64,000 bases of DNA from Yuukianura sp. NJ FZ-2021 (Eukaryota): contig CM102290.1 of NCBI GenBank assembly GCA_046563655.1, positions 6,014,001 through 6,078,000 of the forward strand, written 5' to 3'. Within the stretch, counting starts at the first letter, position 1; every line of letters begins with the position of its first letter. The notes beneath the pieces are model-generated. The model had not been told where the DNA came from. It saw only the letters and a program-made list of their open reading frames with translations, and did not search any database. Shown here in pieces: positions 32,201-44,200 of this stretch. A program made the translations under genes and the position numbers.

Positions 32201-35200
32201 GTAGATAGTTGTTGAAGGGTTTCACACTGCACCACCGGTTCTTCTTACGCCGTAAATTTTTTCTACGGAAAGTTTTACGCCGGTCTCGGTGTGATACAGC
32301 TTCATCTGGTCACAATTCTTGAAAGGCGCCTTTCAGTTTCATATGGGAAGACAAATGAAGTAAATGAATTGAAAACAACCAAATGATTACAATTATTGAG
32401 GTGTAATTCCTCTATTACCATGCTTTGGGAGGAGTATTACGTATTTCCCTATAGGGTGATGTATTAACACAAATTAATAGCTAATTAGCATAATTAGCTA
32501 TTAATTAACACTTAAACAATGTTATACTTTTGTTTTTCCTACTTCGGTACTGCTGATTACGTAGAAAGAAGGAGGGAAGGATGATCAGCTGGGATGAGAT
32601 GGGAACTGTTCGTCCGGAGTTGGTCCAAAAGTTGAAACTTTTCAACTTTTGGGGGTCCCATCTCCTCCTGTAGGAAGAGTTGACGGCGTAAAATGTGACG
32701 GCGGCAGCCGTGAGGCAATGTGAACACCTCACCCGTCTTCCGCCGTCAACTTTCTCTTCCGTCGTCCAACTCACCGGCGATGAGTTGGTTTGGTGTGAAT
32801 GGATACGCCGTCACAACTGCCGTCGGCAGTTGTTACGTCGTATCCGGTGTGAAAGAGGCTTTATTGGTGTGGCGTTTGGGAACAGTCCCACTCCCAACCG
32901 CCAAGGATAGAGGTGTATGGAATGGACAGTGCCTGTTATGGTAGCCTTCCGATTCTATCCTGTGCAAGTTGTGGCCTGATAGCTTAAGGGGTAGAGCTGT
33001 CTCCCCGGATTGGAGAAGGCGTGGGTTCGAATCCCACTCGGTCACTTATTTTTTCTGCACTGTCATTCTTTGTCTCTCAAGCTGTGAGCCCTGAACCTCA
33101 CATTGGAGAGGCGCATTTTGGTACGACTCCAACGAGCCATTTAAACGCGACTTCGCTGCGTGCTTTTCTTTTTATGATTTGAGATTTGTTTATTCCCACA
33201 CATCATGATTTCTTTGTATCATTTTTTTTTATTTATATCCATACCTCCCCCTGCGGGACCAAAGCCCATGGGGAGGGAGTTCGATTCGTACATTCGAAAT
33301 TTTGAAGGCTAAGACGTGGGCTCTAAATTACATTACTGATATGTAATTAATAACAGCTAGTGTGAAATCCGAATTTGAGATTCAGTATGTAAAGATTTTA
33401 GCTAGTTTGAATTGCTGTGCTAAATTACATTACAAGTACATCATAGTTAGGCGAATGATGAAGCGTTGGGTAGGCAGATTCGTGAGGAATGTTGCTGTAT
33501 TCGCTTGTCTGGGTCGCATTTCCAATGAGTTATCAACAATTAGTGGTTTTGTTGCAAGTTATTAAAGACTCCTTTCTTGTGATTCGTGTAACTGAAGATA
33601 ATTGCGGGTCCGAAGTCTAAGTGTTAAATTCGAAAGTCAAAATGCTCACTACTTTATAATGGAACAACAGAGCCACCAGCATCCACCTTAAATGATTTGC
33701 ATTGCTTTCTCACAGTCATTTTCAATGCTCCGTTTCAGATCTGAAATTTGGCACTGGGTTCATCTATCTGTAGGTTTTTTTTGGCCTCTCTCAAGATGCC
33801 TTCTCTCGTCCTGTCCAGCTTCGTTTTTTCTGGGTTGATGTAGATGGTCCTTAGGAATGGGTCCTCCCGTAATGCCGATTTTTGCTTCAGTAGGGTGAAT
33901 TTGTCTCGTTCCCGTACAAGTTTGACCTGTACTAGTCTTCCTTCCAAGTCGCCGACATTGACTAAAGTCCATCTTTGGCAATTGGAGCTTTTGGAGAACG
34001 TTTTGCACCTTGTAAAGATCTGTTACAGTTTCTGAGTTACTTTTCTGCAAGCCAGGGATCACGACGTTAGAAGCAATCACTTGTCTTTGGATTTGATTCA
34101 TTTCAGTTTCCATTGTCGAGATGCGTTGATTTAAGTCGATTGGGTCAATCATGTCGATTTTTTTAATTTCTCAATTACTGGTTGCCAATCCATAAATTGG
34201 CGAACCAGAAATCTCATTTGATCTTCCATAGTTCCGGTCAGTGGGTCACTTTCACTGGATTCCTCTTTGTTCCTTTTGTCTTCCTTTTGCAATGGAGATG
34301 AAGCGGTTCTTTTTCCGGTTAAGTTGGAATTAGATCTCGAGAACGAGGTTGTAGGAAGTAAAGTTGGAGATCTTAGTAATTTAGACATGGCTTGTGTGGT
34401 GGTTATTGTCAAACAAAATTGTTGGAGCTAGCTGTCAATCACACATCTGCTACTCACGAGGGTCAGAATCGAACTTCTTTCTTTTTATAATTTGAGATGT
34501 GTTTATTTCCAAATATCAGGATTTCTTTTTATGATTTGAGATGTATTTGTTTCCACCCATACGGATTTATGTTGTGTTTTAGTCTTCTGGAGACGCACGT
34601 CTACGACGTGCTGAAGAAGACTATTGATACGACTTTATCTGTCCGTCCGTCCGTCACACTTTTTAGGACCCTTTCCACTGAAACATTAGCCCCATCGCAG
34701 TCGGGGGGTTATGTATGGCTCAAGAGTTTTTAGTAGGTCTACATTGCACTCAAAGTCTTACATTAAAAACTTCAAAATATGCCGCTGCTTCGCGTTGCTG
34801 TTTGTTAAGTCGTCAAAATTTTGTGTTAGGTCTGCATTATACTCATATACTCATATATGCATATATGTTGATTTACGTTGTTACGTTGGTACTTGTTAGA
34901 GGGTAGAGAATATGGCTTAAATGTGTAATGTGTGAACAAGGCATGACAGGTTTAAATTTGCGTTCACAAGAAATTTTTATAATTTTGATTTTAAATAGCA
35001 ATATTCAACCCTGTAACTTATGCATTTAATAACAGAATGTGCATTTATTTGAACCGATTTTGATTTAGAAAAGCTGCAGTCGACCCCTGCCCCTCAACGT
35101 CAATTTGGTGCACACTTATCAGTAGATGCACATAAATGCCGAATTGCGCAGTATTTTGACGCAGGGTAATGGACGTTGTTATTTCAGAATTTGTGCATAC

Positions 35201-38200
35201 TGTAGAACAACTGCACATACATCTTTAGAATGGTGATTCTGATTACATCCGAATACTTGTGCATTCACATAAATAGATTTTAGGGCATTCTAATTTTGTG
35301 CACACTTGAGAACCATTCGATGTGAAAACATTGTGCATCAAAATAATTTTGAAGAGAATGAACACTGCTCAGAGCTCAAGTTGCACAACAATTTTATGAA
35401 AATGGTTTCTTTCACATTTTGGTGCAATTGTGCACAAGAAGGCCCCACATCTGCACTGGACATTATGAGCGACGTTTCGTTGCATAAACCTCGTGAAAAC
35501 GGTTTCTTAACGTTTTTCTTGAACGGGTTTGCGGACAGCCGGTTAAAAGCCGTATCAATTGCCACTCCCTCCAGAAGACCAATGCTCAACCCTTGAGCAT
35601 CGCCCTACCTTGTTTGGTATTTAAGATGTGTCGAATTCGATAAGGAAACGCAGATGTAATTTTGTGGTGGAATAGAGAGTTATCTGCAGCCCACGTATCT
35701 TGAAAACGTAAGCGTATCACGTATTATTTCGAAAAAGATATTTTTAACAGCTTGAGATACGTAAACGTAGCTACCTACGTTAACGTGAAAATCAAAAAGA
35801 TACGTGAGAGATACGGGAGACGTAAACGTATCTCAAATTCCAAATCACACTCGGTTCAAAGTGTGAATCCCTTTCCAAGTAAGTCTTGTATCTGTAAGAG
35901 GTGCAATTTGAAAATCACTCTTTTCGTCTTTCTTTTAGTCTTCTGGAGACGCACGTCTACGACGTGCTGAAGAAGACTATTGATACGACTTTGTCTGTCT
36001 GTCTGTCCGTTCGCTTTTTTAGGATCTTTTGCGTTGAAACATTAGCCCTATCGCAGTCGGGGGGTCATGTATGGCTCAAGTGTTTTCTCTACCTCTACAT
36101 TGCACTCAAAGTGATAAGTTAACAACGTCAAAGTATGCGGCTGCTTCGCGTTGCAGTTTCTTAAGTCCTCAAAATTTCTGTGTTAGGTCTGAATTATACT
36201 CCAAATATTTATTAACAACGAAGTTTTGATCTGGTCATTTTCTGGCAGTTAGTGTAATTACGTTGTTAAATTAAGACTGATCAGAGGGTAGAAAATCCAG
36301 CTTAAATGGTTACTATGTAAATTGTGAATGACAAGTGTCAAATTTGCATTTACTAGACATTTCTATAATTTCGATTTTAAGGAAACGATATTCGACACCT
36401 GCCACTCAACGTTCAATTTTGTGCATCATGCACACAAATGAAGGTTTGTGCAGGTTTGAGAACTACCTTGAGCATTGCCATGACAACATCGACAATACAT
36501 TATGTGCATCTGTTAGAATGGTGATTACATCCGAATACTTGTACATTCATATAAATAGATTTAAGGGCATTCTAATCTTGTGCACACTTGAGAACCATTC
36601 GATGTGAAAACATTGTGCATCAAAATAATTTTGAAGAGAATGAAAACTGCTCAGAGCTCAAGTTGCACAACAATTTTATGAAAACGGTTTTTTTCACATT
36701 TTGGTGCAATTGTGCGCAAGAAGGCCCCACATCTGCACTGAACATTATGAGCGACGCTTCGTTGCATAAACCTCGTGAAAACGGTTTCTTAACGTTGTTC
36801 TTGAACGCGTTTGCGGACAGACGGTTAAAAGCCGTATCAATTGCCAACTCCCTCCAGAAGACCAATGCTCAACCCTTGAGCATCGCCCTACCTTGTTTGT
36901 AAAACAAAACCAGACAGTTTCGGTTTTGTTTTTTATTTGTGATTTAGTTTTAGTCTTCTGGAGACGCACGTCTACGACGTGCTGAAGAAGACTATTGATA
37001 CGACTTTGTCCGTCCGTCTGTCCGTAACGTTTTTTAGTACCCATTCCACTGAAACATTAGCCCCATCGCAGTCGGGGGGTTATTTATAGCTCAAGTTTTT
37101 TCATTGCTTTTACATTGCACTCGTACTCGTACATTAACAACGTAGAAGTGGACGGCTACTTCACGTACCCGCTGTATCGTGGCTCCGCAAAACTGTTTTG
37201 GTTTTGATTGCACCCAAAGTATTTATAAACCACGGAGTTTTGATCTGGTCATTTTCTGACAGTTAGTTTAATTACGTTGTTAAATTAAGCCTGTTTAGAG
37301 GGTAGAAATTCTGACTTAAATTCGTAATATGTAAACAGAGTTTGGCAGAGTTCAAATTTGCCTTTGCATGAAATTATTATATACAAGCGATTTTCGGCTA
37401 ACTTATGCACTTAATTTAACACACTGTGCATCTTCATGAACCGTTTTCGATTTAAAAGAAGGCATATTCGACCCATCCTGCTCAGCGTTCAAATTTGTTG
37501 ATCATGCACAAATCTCAATTTCGATATCACCAAGGCAACTAAACAAAAAGACACAACCGCTTTATAAGGTAGTCTCACGAGCGGTTTTTTTAGTTTTTTT
37601 TGTGTAAATTTATAGTGGGGCGGTGCGCCCCAGTAACCAAGGGGATAAGAATTTTAAAAAATCGTGCAAAGGTTGGTTGAGGTAACAATTATGCGCTATT
37701 TGTAACCAATATGCGGTAGTTGTCACATATTGGACTTTTTGTTATGGAGTTGGATTGAATTCTTAGTAATTATAAGCGTTAGGCTTGTATATTCCATTTT
37801 CAATCCCAACACCAATATAAACAAACGGTCCCATGATTGGTAGCGTTGGGTGGTTACAATGGAGGTATTTGCATTGTACTTCATCCAATCATTTGGCGAC
37901 GGAAAACGTTGTTTGAGAAAAGTTAAACACAAACAATCCGCCCCACTAAAAAATTTCACAAAAAAACTTGAAAAAACCGCTCGTGAGACTACCTTAGTAA
38001 ATGCGGTGTGTCATTTTGTTTAGTTGCCTTGGATATCACTATTTTGATGCCGTTTGGTTTACGCTCTTTTCGCTAATAGTACATTGCCATGGCAACACCG
38101 ACAATACATTATGTGCATCTTGTTCAACAAATTAGGAACATCAATTCAGTGCACTATTTTGGGGCTCAAAACTGGAACATGATTTTGGTGCAATTTAATG

Positions 38201-41200
38201 GTAGAATTGCCAACCCAATTTTGGCGCAGCTCATGCACAAAATAGCACTTCACATCCACACTAAAATATTGAGCGACGTTTTGATGCATCAATTCCATGA
38301 AAACGGCCTCTCATTTATTCTATACTTTTGAGGCAAACCGGTTTAAAGTCGCATCAATTGTCAACTACCTCCAGAAGATCTATGCTCAACCCTTGAGCAT
38401 TGCCCTACCTTGTTTGTTTTTGCCAAAAACGTTGAGCAATTAATTTAGTTTTTGGCAATTCGGCATGTCAAAGGTCAAGCGGGCAGGTCAAATTGGACAA
38501 ATTTTCTAGTTAAAACCAAATTTGGACAAATAAATTACCGTAAATTTCTTAGTAGTACACCACACTTAAATAGTACTGAAGGTGTTTAGTTGAATTAAAT
38601 ACTCTTTCTTGGTAGGTTTTAAGAGTTTCAAAGTAATTCTACTGATTTCTACATTGGTTTAGAGGCTAGTTTCTAGTTTGCTATTTCCAATCAAAATTCG
38701 TATATCTCTAGGCGGTTTCAATGACCGATTTGTCGAAAATAATTCTTTTTGTTAAAAAAGAATTACAGTGCGGGAAAAAATTATAGGGACAAGCATATTT
38801 TTGTAGATAACTCTACTAATTGTCAACCTAAGTCAGCTAAAAAATTATATAATACGGGAATTTACAATATAAAACTATGGTGAAAGTTTCATTAAGATAT
38901 CTTGATCCGTTATTGAATTACACTAAAAAAACCGAAGTGAAAGTTGAAAAACCTGCAAAAAATTATAAGGACACTGTACTTTTTCGGTCCAAATAATTCA
39001 ACACTACAAATTTATTTGTTGCAGTAAATTATCCAAATTTTCAGGATAATTTTTTAAGTGTTTGAGGCAAATTTTAAGCTATTTTTCGAAAAAATCCGAA
39101 AAAACCGAAAATACCCGAATTCGGGTATTTTTCGGTTTTTCGATTACGATTACACCCTCCAGTAATCGTAATCGAACGATGTAATTGATTACACAATTTG
39201 GAGATGTAATCTGTAATCTGTAACCGATTACAATTTTTGTGTAATCGAAAAGGGCCTGCCTATTAGTACACCACCCCTGGAAGTCGAAAACAAAATTAGT
39301 ATACCGGGTGTATTATTTGGAAATTTACAGTATGTTTGAACAATAACAGACAAGAAAGATTCTAAAAGGATAAGGTTAGGATACCGTACCCCGAAGTAGG
39401 TAAGATTCGGAAATGGGTCGAACGTGCGATTTTTACGTTTAGCGCCATAACTTCGTTGTCATACGTCATAAATATTGACATACAGAGTACCCTCCAAGTT
39501 AGCAAATCGCTCCTATTGGTTAGATTCATAGAAAACTCCACCTTGTTATCGTAAAGTTCCAGCCTGAGGGTCACTCTTATCTTTACTCTTATCAGTTTGT
39601 GAACATAAAGTTTAAAAGGCAACCCTTTCCCCCCAAATTTTTGAACGGTTACGGTACCCACAAATGAGAAAAGAGAGAAAAAAATTTGCTAACTTGGAGG
39701 GTCCTCTGTATATACATTTTCTGAATCAGGAGGTCAAGCCCTTTGCAACGACATGCTACTTGCATTGGGTCGTCATATGATGACATGGTGACCTTTGACA
39801 CCCCTCTACACCTGACCTGTTGTTTCTGGGGGGCTGAAAATTTGCAAATATGATTCTAATATTGATCTGAACAACTGGTAAAAATTTCATTCGAATACCA
39901 CGGGGCCCACTTTTGATAGGGTTTTATCCGTTCTCCTTTCTTTTCGAAATTTACCGCCGTCTAGGGAATGCAAGTCCGGTCCACTTTTTGAAAGTCCGGA
40001 CTTCGAACCTAGCCGGACTCGAGTCCGCAAAGTCCGGACGGGTCCGGACTCGGACTTCGCTATACGAAAAACATGAAATATTACAAGGTTGCGGCGAAAC
40101 TATGCGTTTGTAGCATTGTCTCGCTGTAATTAAGTGCCGAGTGTCTTAAAACAATTTATTGAACGAATTGTAAGGATACGGGAGTGATGAAATTGTTAGA
40201 CTACAAAATGAATGAGTTTCACATGTGTTGTCAAAATTAAACGCCCTTTTAATTTTGTTATTGATGGATCTTTTTAAGCAATGTTGCTGATTTTTATTTG
40301 GTCAAAAGAAACTTCAGAAAAAGAATCTTAAGTTTTAATTAGGACAGTTTCCTAGAGAGAGACTTGAAAGAGACTAACTGACTTTCCGGACTCCCGGGTC
40401 CTTTTGTTAACTGGCTTAGAATTTTCGGGAAGTTTCCAGAATATTCTGGAAGCTTCAAGACCAAAGCAACTAGAAAGGTTTTGAGGGTCCCCTATGTAAT
40501 AACTTTGACCAGAAGTGTCATATTTGGTTCCCCCTCAGCTCAACTTGTCATCGTAATTCAGATGTGAGAATCAGTGGTTGAGTTAACCTGTCAGCTAACT
40601 TTATATGAGAAAAGGTCAAGTTTTGACCTCTAAACTCAACACTCTCCCTCAAAAATTGACTTTTCCTGAGTTATTCCTACTTTCAACGTTTTAGATTTGT
40701 AAAGAAGATGAACAGACAGTTATTCCAAGAGTAAAACTTAATTCTAATTAATTGTAAGTTAACCTCTCCCAAATCCATATCTTACAGTAGGGAAGTAACT
40801 ATCTATACAAAAATAGAATTAGTCTAATAATTCTGTTTTTCTTTTAAATTTTTCTCGTTGGAATCTTGTTCCTCAGTCTTCTTCCGTTTCTTTCTTGCTT
40901 TCACTGACAGCATCCTGAAGTTTTGCAGCAGTGATTTTGATAATCGGAACTCTTTCCTTCCGAGCTCTGTAGTAACAGATACCAAGCGCAATACAAATCG
41001 CGATCATTGACGTCATTAGGAATCCAATTACAATTCCTGTCCATGGATTTTCTGTAAAGTAGGCTTCATGGGTGATTTTTATTTTCTCCATATTTTCTTC
41101 TAGCTTCTTGTCTTCATCTAGAAGCCCATGAAGTTCTAGCAGATTGGTCATGTTTAGCTTGTGACCTAAGTGCCAGTTTGCTTTTGAGGTGAAAATCCGG

Positions 41201-44200
41201 TCCTGTCCCTGGATGTGTGTTCCCTCGAAGATTGAACCCTCGTACAAGTAGTCATTGATTTTTATGCTGACTTCCTTGGGAATAGGGAAAACGTGATCTG
41301 GACAATTTGTTGTCTTTCCCCCGATTGTAATTTGGTTTCCGTAACAGTAAATGTAGTTGTTTTCTCCTTGTTGTTTGAGCTGGACAAAATCCTTCTCATC
41401 TCCAGGGTGAGTGGGCAAACATTTCTCCACAGTGAAGTGTTTGGTCATTCCAGGAAGTTGTCCAGATGTACTACATCCAGCGTCTGGAGCGATGATGAGG
41501 ATGTCATCGGCTGGTTCTTTAAAGTTGGCTCCGTATACGCAGTCTTCGTGTAGTGAGACAATAGCTTTCTTCGGTCCAATGTATTTAATTTCACAAGTTT
41601 GATTCTTGGTTTTGTGCATCAAGGAGAAAGCATCAGCTTTTACTACTTTCAAATTTTGATCCAAGATTGGAACTTCAAAACGCATCTTCATGGCCATCTT
41701 GTCATAAGTCATGTGACATGACTTTGGAGTTCCGAGATCCAGTGGGCATGAACTTCCACATGGGAGTGAAAAATTCAAATAGTCCAGAAATGGTACGAAC
41801 AACTTTCTTTTCGTGTGCCACTGACGATTAGTCTCCTTCAGAATTTGATTTCCAATCAAAAGCCTTCCAGTGATGGAAGAAATCAAAAAAGTTGTGTCGA
41901 CTTGCTTTTCCTTAGACTCCAGGAAATCTCCAGCAAGTTTCTCCGTGAATTGTCTTAACTCGTCCAATGCTCTCCTATGGATATTTAAGCGTTTTTCGAT
42001 TTCTTCCAGTTTCTTCGTGTGTTCCTGTGCCAAGTTTCCAAGTTCAGCCAGTGTCACCTTGTTTCCTGCAGAAGAAATGACAGCAGCAGTCCCCAGTCCA
42101 ATGCTTGTAATCAGCGAAATGACAAGCGTACTGAGGATGATTCCGGTCAATATGAATCTTTTGTGACGGTGATGAATTTCTGTTGTTTCTTCTGTTGGAC
42201 ACATTTTTAGAATTTCTGAGGTAAAAAGTTTGCTATAAATCTCCTCGCATCTTTCCTTGGCCATTTGAACATTATCCTGGTGGACGCTGTTGATGTCCAG
42301 CATTTCACATGGAGAGGTGAATTTAATCAGCAAATGCACTTGATTTGAGCCTTTGGTGACTTGAGTGTCACTTTTCTTCCATAGAACTGGAGAAGCCACT
42401 TGGAAATCACCGGAAGCTCCATGAATAAGTCCAAAAATATCATCATCAGAAATCCAGCAGTGAACATGAGAGAAATGTTTTTGAATGTCCAATTGTTTGA
42501 AGTCTTTCTTTGTTCATGGAGAAAGTCATCGTTCCCACCAAAACACTTTCCCTTTGTCTTTTTCAAGAAATGATTTGGGTTTCCAAAGTCCGTTTCTTTC
42601 CTTTTTCGTTTTTCATTCTTCTGTGCATGTTGGTTCCACGGTGGCTCCTGTTTCCGTGGACCAGAATTGACAAGGTTCCTTCTCAAAAAATTTGAGTTTG
42701 GTGGAGCTGCCCTTGAGTAAAATCTTTTTTCTTGTGGACGAAGGACCTCAATGTAAGGATGGTTTGAGTGTCCACTTTTTCCGCTTTGACCTTTAACCTT
42801 GTTCCACTTCCCAAATTTTGAGTTTTCAAAAACTTGGGTAGTCACACTCCATTTAGGGTTTCTGTTTCTTCGGTTTTGCCCTTTTTCTTTCTTTGGGTTG
42901 AATTGACCCTTGTCAATTTCAGACTTTATGGCTTTTTGTTCTTTTTCAAAATTTTCAAACTGGACCTTCGGAGGGTCTATGTTCTGAAGGGTCTTCCCTC
43001 CTTCCTTTTGTGAGCGAATTGCCACTAGAGCCTTAGCATTGGGCTCTCCCTGAGTCTTCAATCCAAGCATTGAGCGACAAAATTCAAATCTCCCGCGATT
43101 CAAAGGTTTAGTCAATATGTCTGCCTTCTGATGTTCAGTTTGAACGTAGGTGACCTCCACTTATTTCTCTTCAATTAAGTTTCTTGTGAAGTGATATCTC
43201 AGTTCGATATGCTTCGTATTCTTATGAAACTGGTGGTTTTGGGTCAACTTAATGGCAGATTGATTGTCCACGTAAATTGGCGTTGGATTTGTCATTTTGA
43301 TTCCCAATTCTTCCACAAATCTCCGAATCCAGACAGCTTCCTTCGCTGCAGCAGCTAACGACACGTATTCGGCTTCACAACTGGATAATGCAATTGTGTT
43401 TTGTTTCTGACTCATCCAGCTTACCGGGCAGTCATTTATGAAAAAGACATATCCAGAAGTTGACCTTCTGGAACTTTGACATCCAGCAAAGTCCGAGTCG
43501 CAGTATCCAGCTACAGTGATTTTGTTTGATTTGGGGCTGGAAGGAAGACGTAGCTCCATGGATCCCTTGAGGTAGCGTGCCACGTTTTTGGCCATCTTCC
43601 AGTGACTTTCGTCGTATCCAGTCAAATGTTGTGAAAGTTTAGACACTGCAAAAGCAATGTCAGGTCTCGTGCATCTTGCAACAAAAAGTAAGCTTCCAAT
43701 CAATTCCCGGAATGGTATGCCTCCAGTTTCTCCAGCCAGTACCTGTAGAGTAGTGTTAGGTTGCATGGGGACGTTGACTGGCTTACTTTCTTCGAGGTGA
43801 AAGTTCCTCAATATCTTCTTGATTTGTCCAGTTTGTGCCAAGTTCCAGCTCCCATCTTCTCCGTTGTTTAGTTCCAATCCAATGAACACTGAGGGTTTGG
43901 AGAAAGTCAGTGGGAATTTGTTGTTTAATTCTCTGACGACTTTCTCCAGGTCTTCCAGTCTTGGGCCAAGAGCTAGGGCCTAATTTTTCCAGGTTCGGTG
44001 TCCATTTGAAATACTGATGGCTCACTCTCCAGCTGGAGAAAACCAAGACTTTGCAGTGCTTTCTTCAGTTTTTCAAACCACATCAGCGGAGACTGCTTGA
44101 GACCATAGATTGACTTCTGAAGGTGACAAATCAGCGACTTTCCCTTTTCAAATCCATGTGGCTGTGTCATAAACAATGTTTCTTTTAGATCTCCGTGGAG

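Noticed and set aside
32972..33045. Functional tRNA-Ser(GGA) gene
   Set aside because: No U33 or purine-37, no long variable arm, imperfect acceptor stem, and it sits in repeats.
35306..36902. Paired ~100-aa ORFs (MRTIRCENIV...) suggesting a gene family
   Set aside because: They lie in HINE repeat copies, start at TTG and show no domain signal.
42438..42492. TTG/MDIQKHF as the real env N-terminus
   Set aside because: Non-ATG start and no signal peptide; the overlapping pol frame supplies a suitable hydrophobic leader.
43973..43990. Programmed ribosomal frameshift in copia RT
   Set aside because: Neither frame contains YVDD, so sequence is missing; this is a deletion and not recoding.
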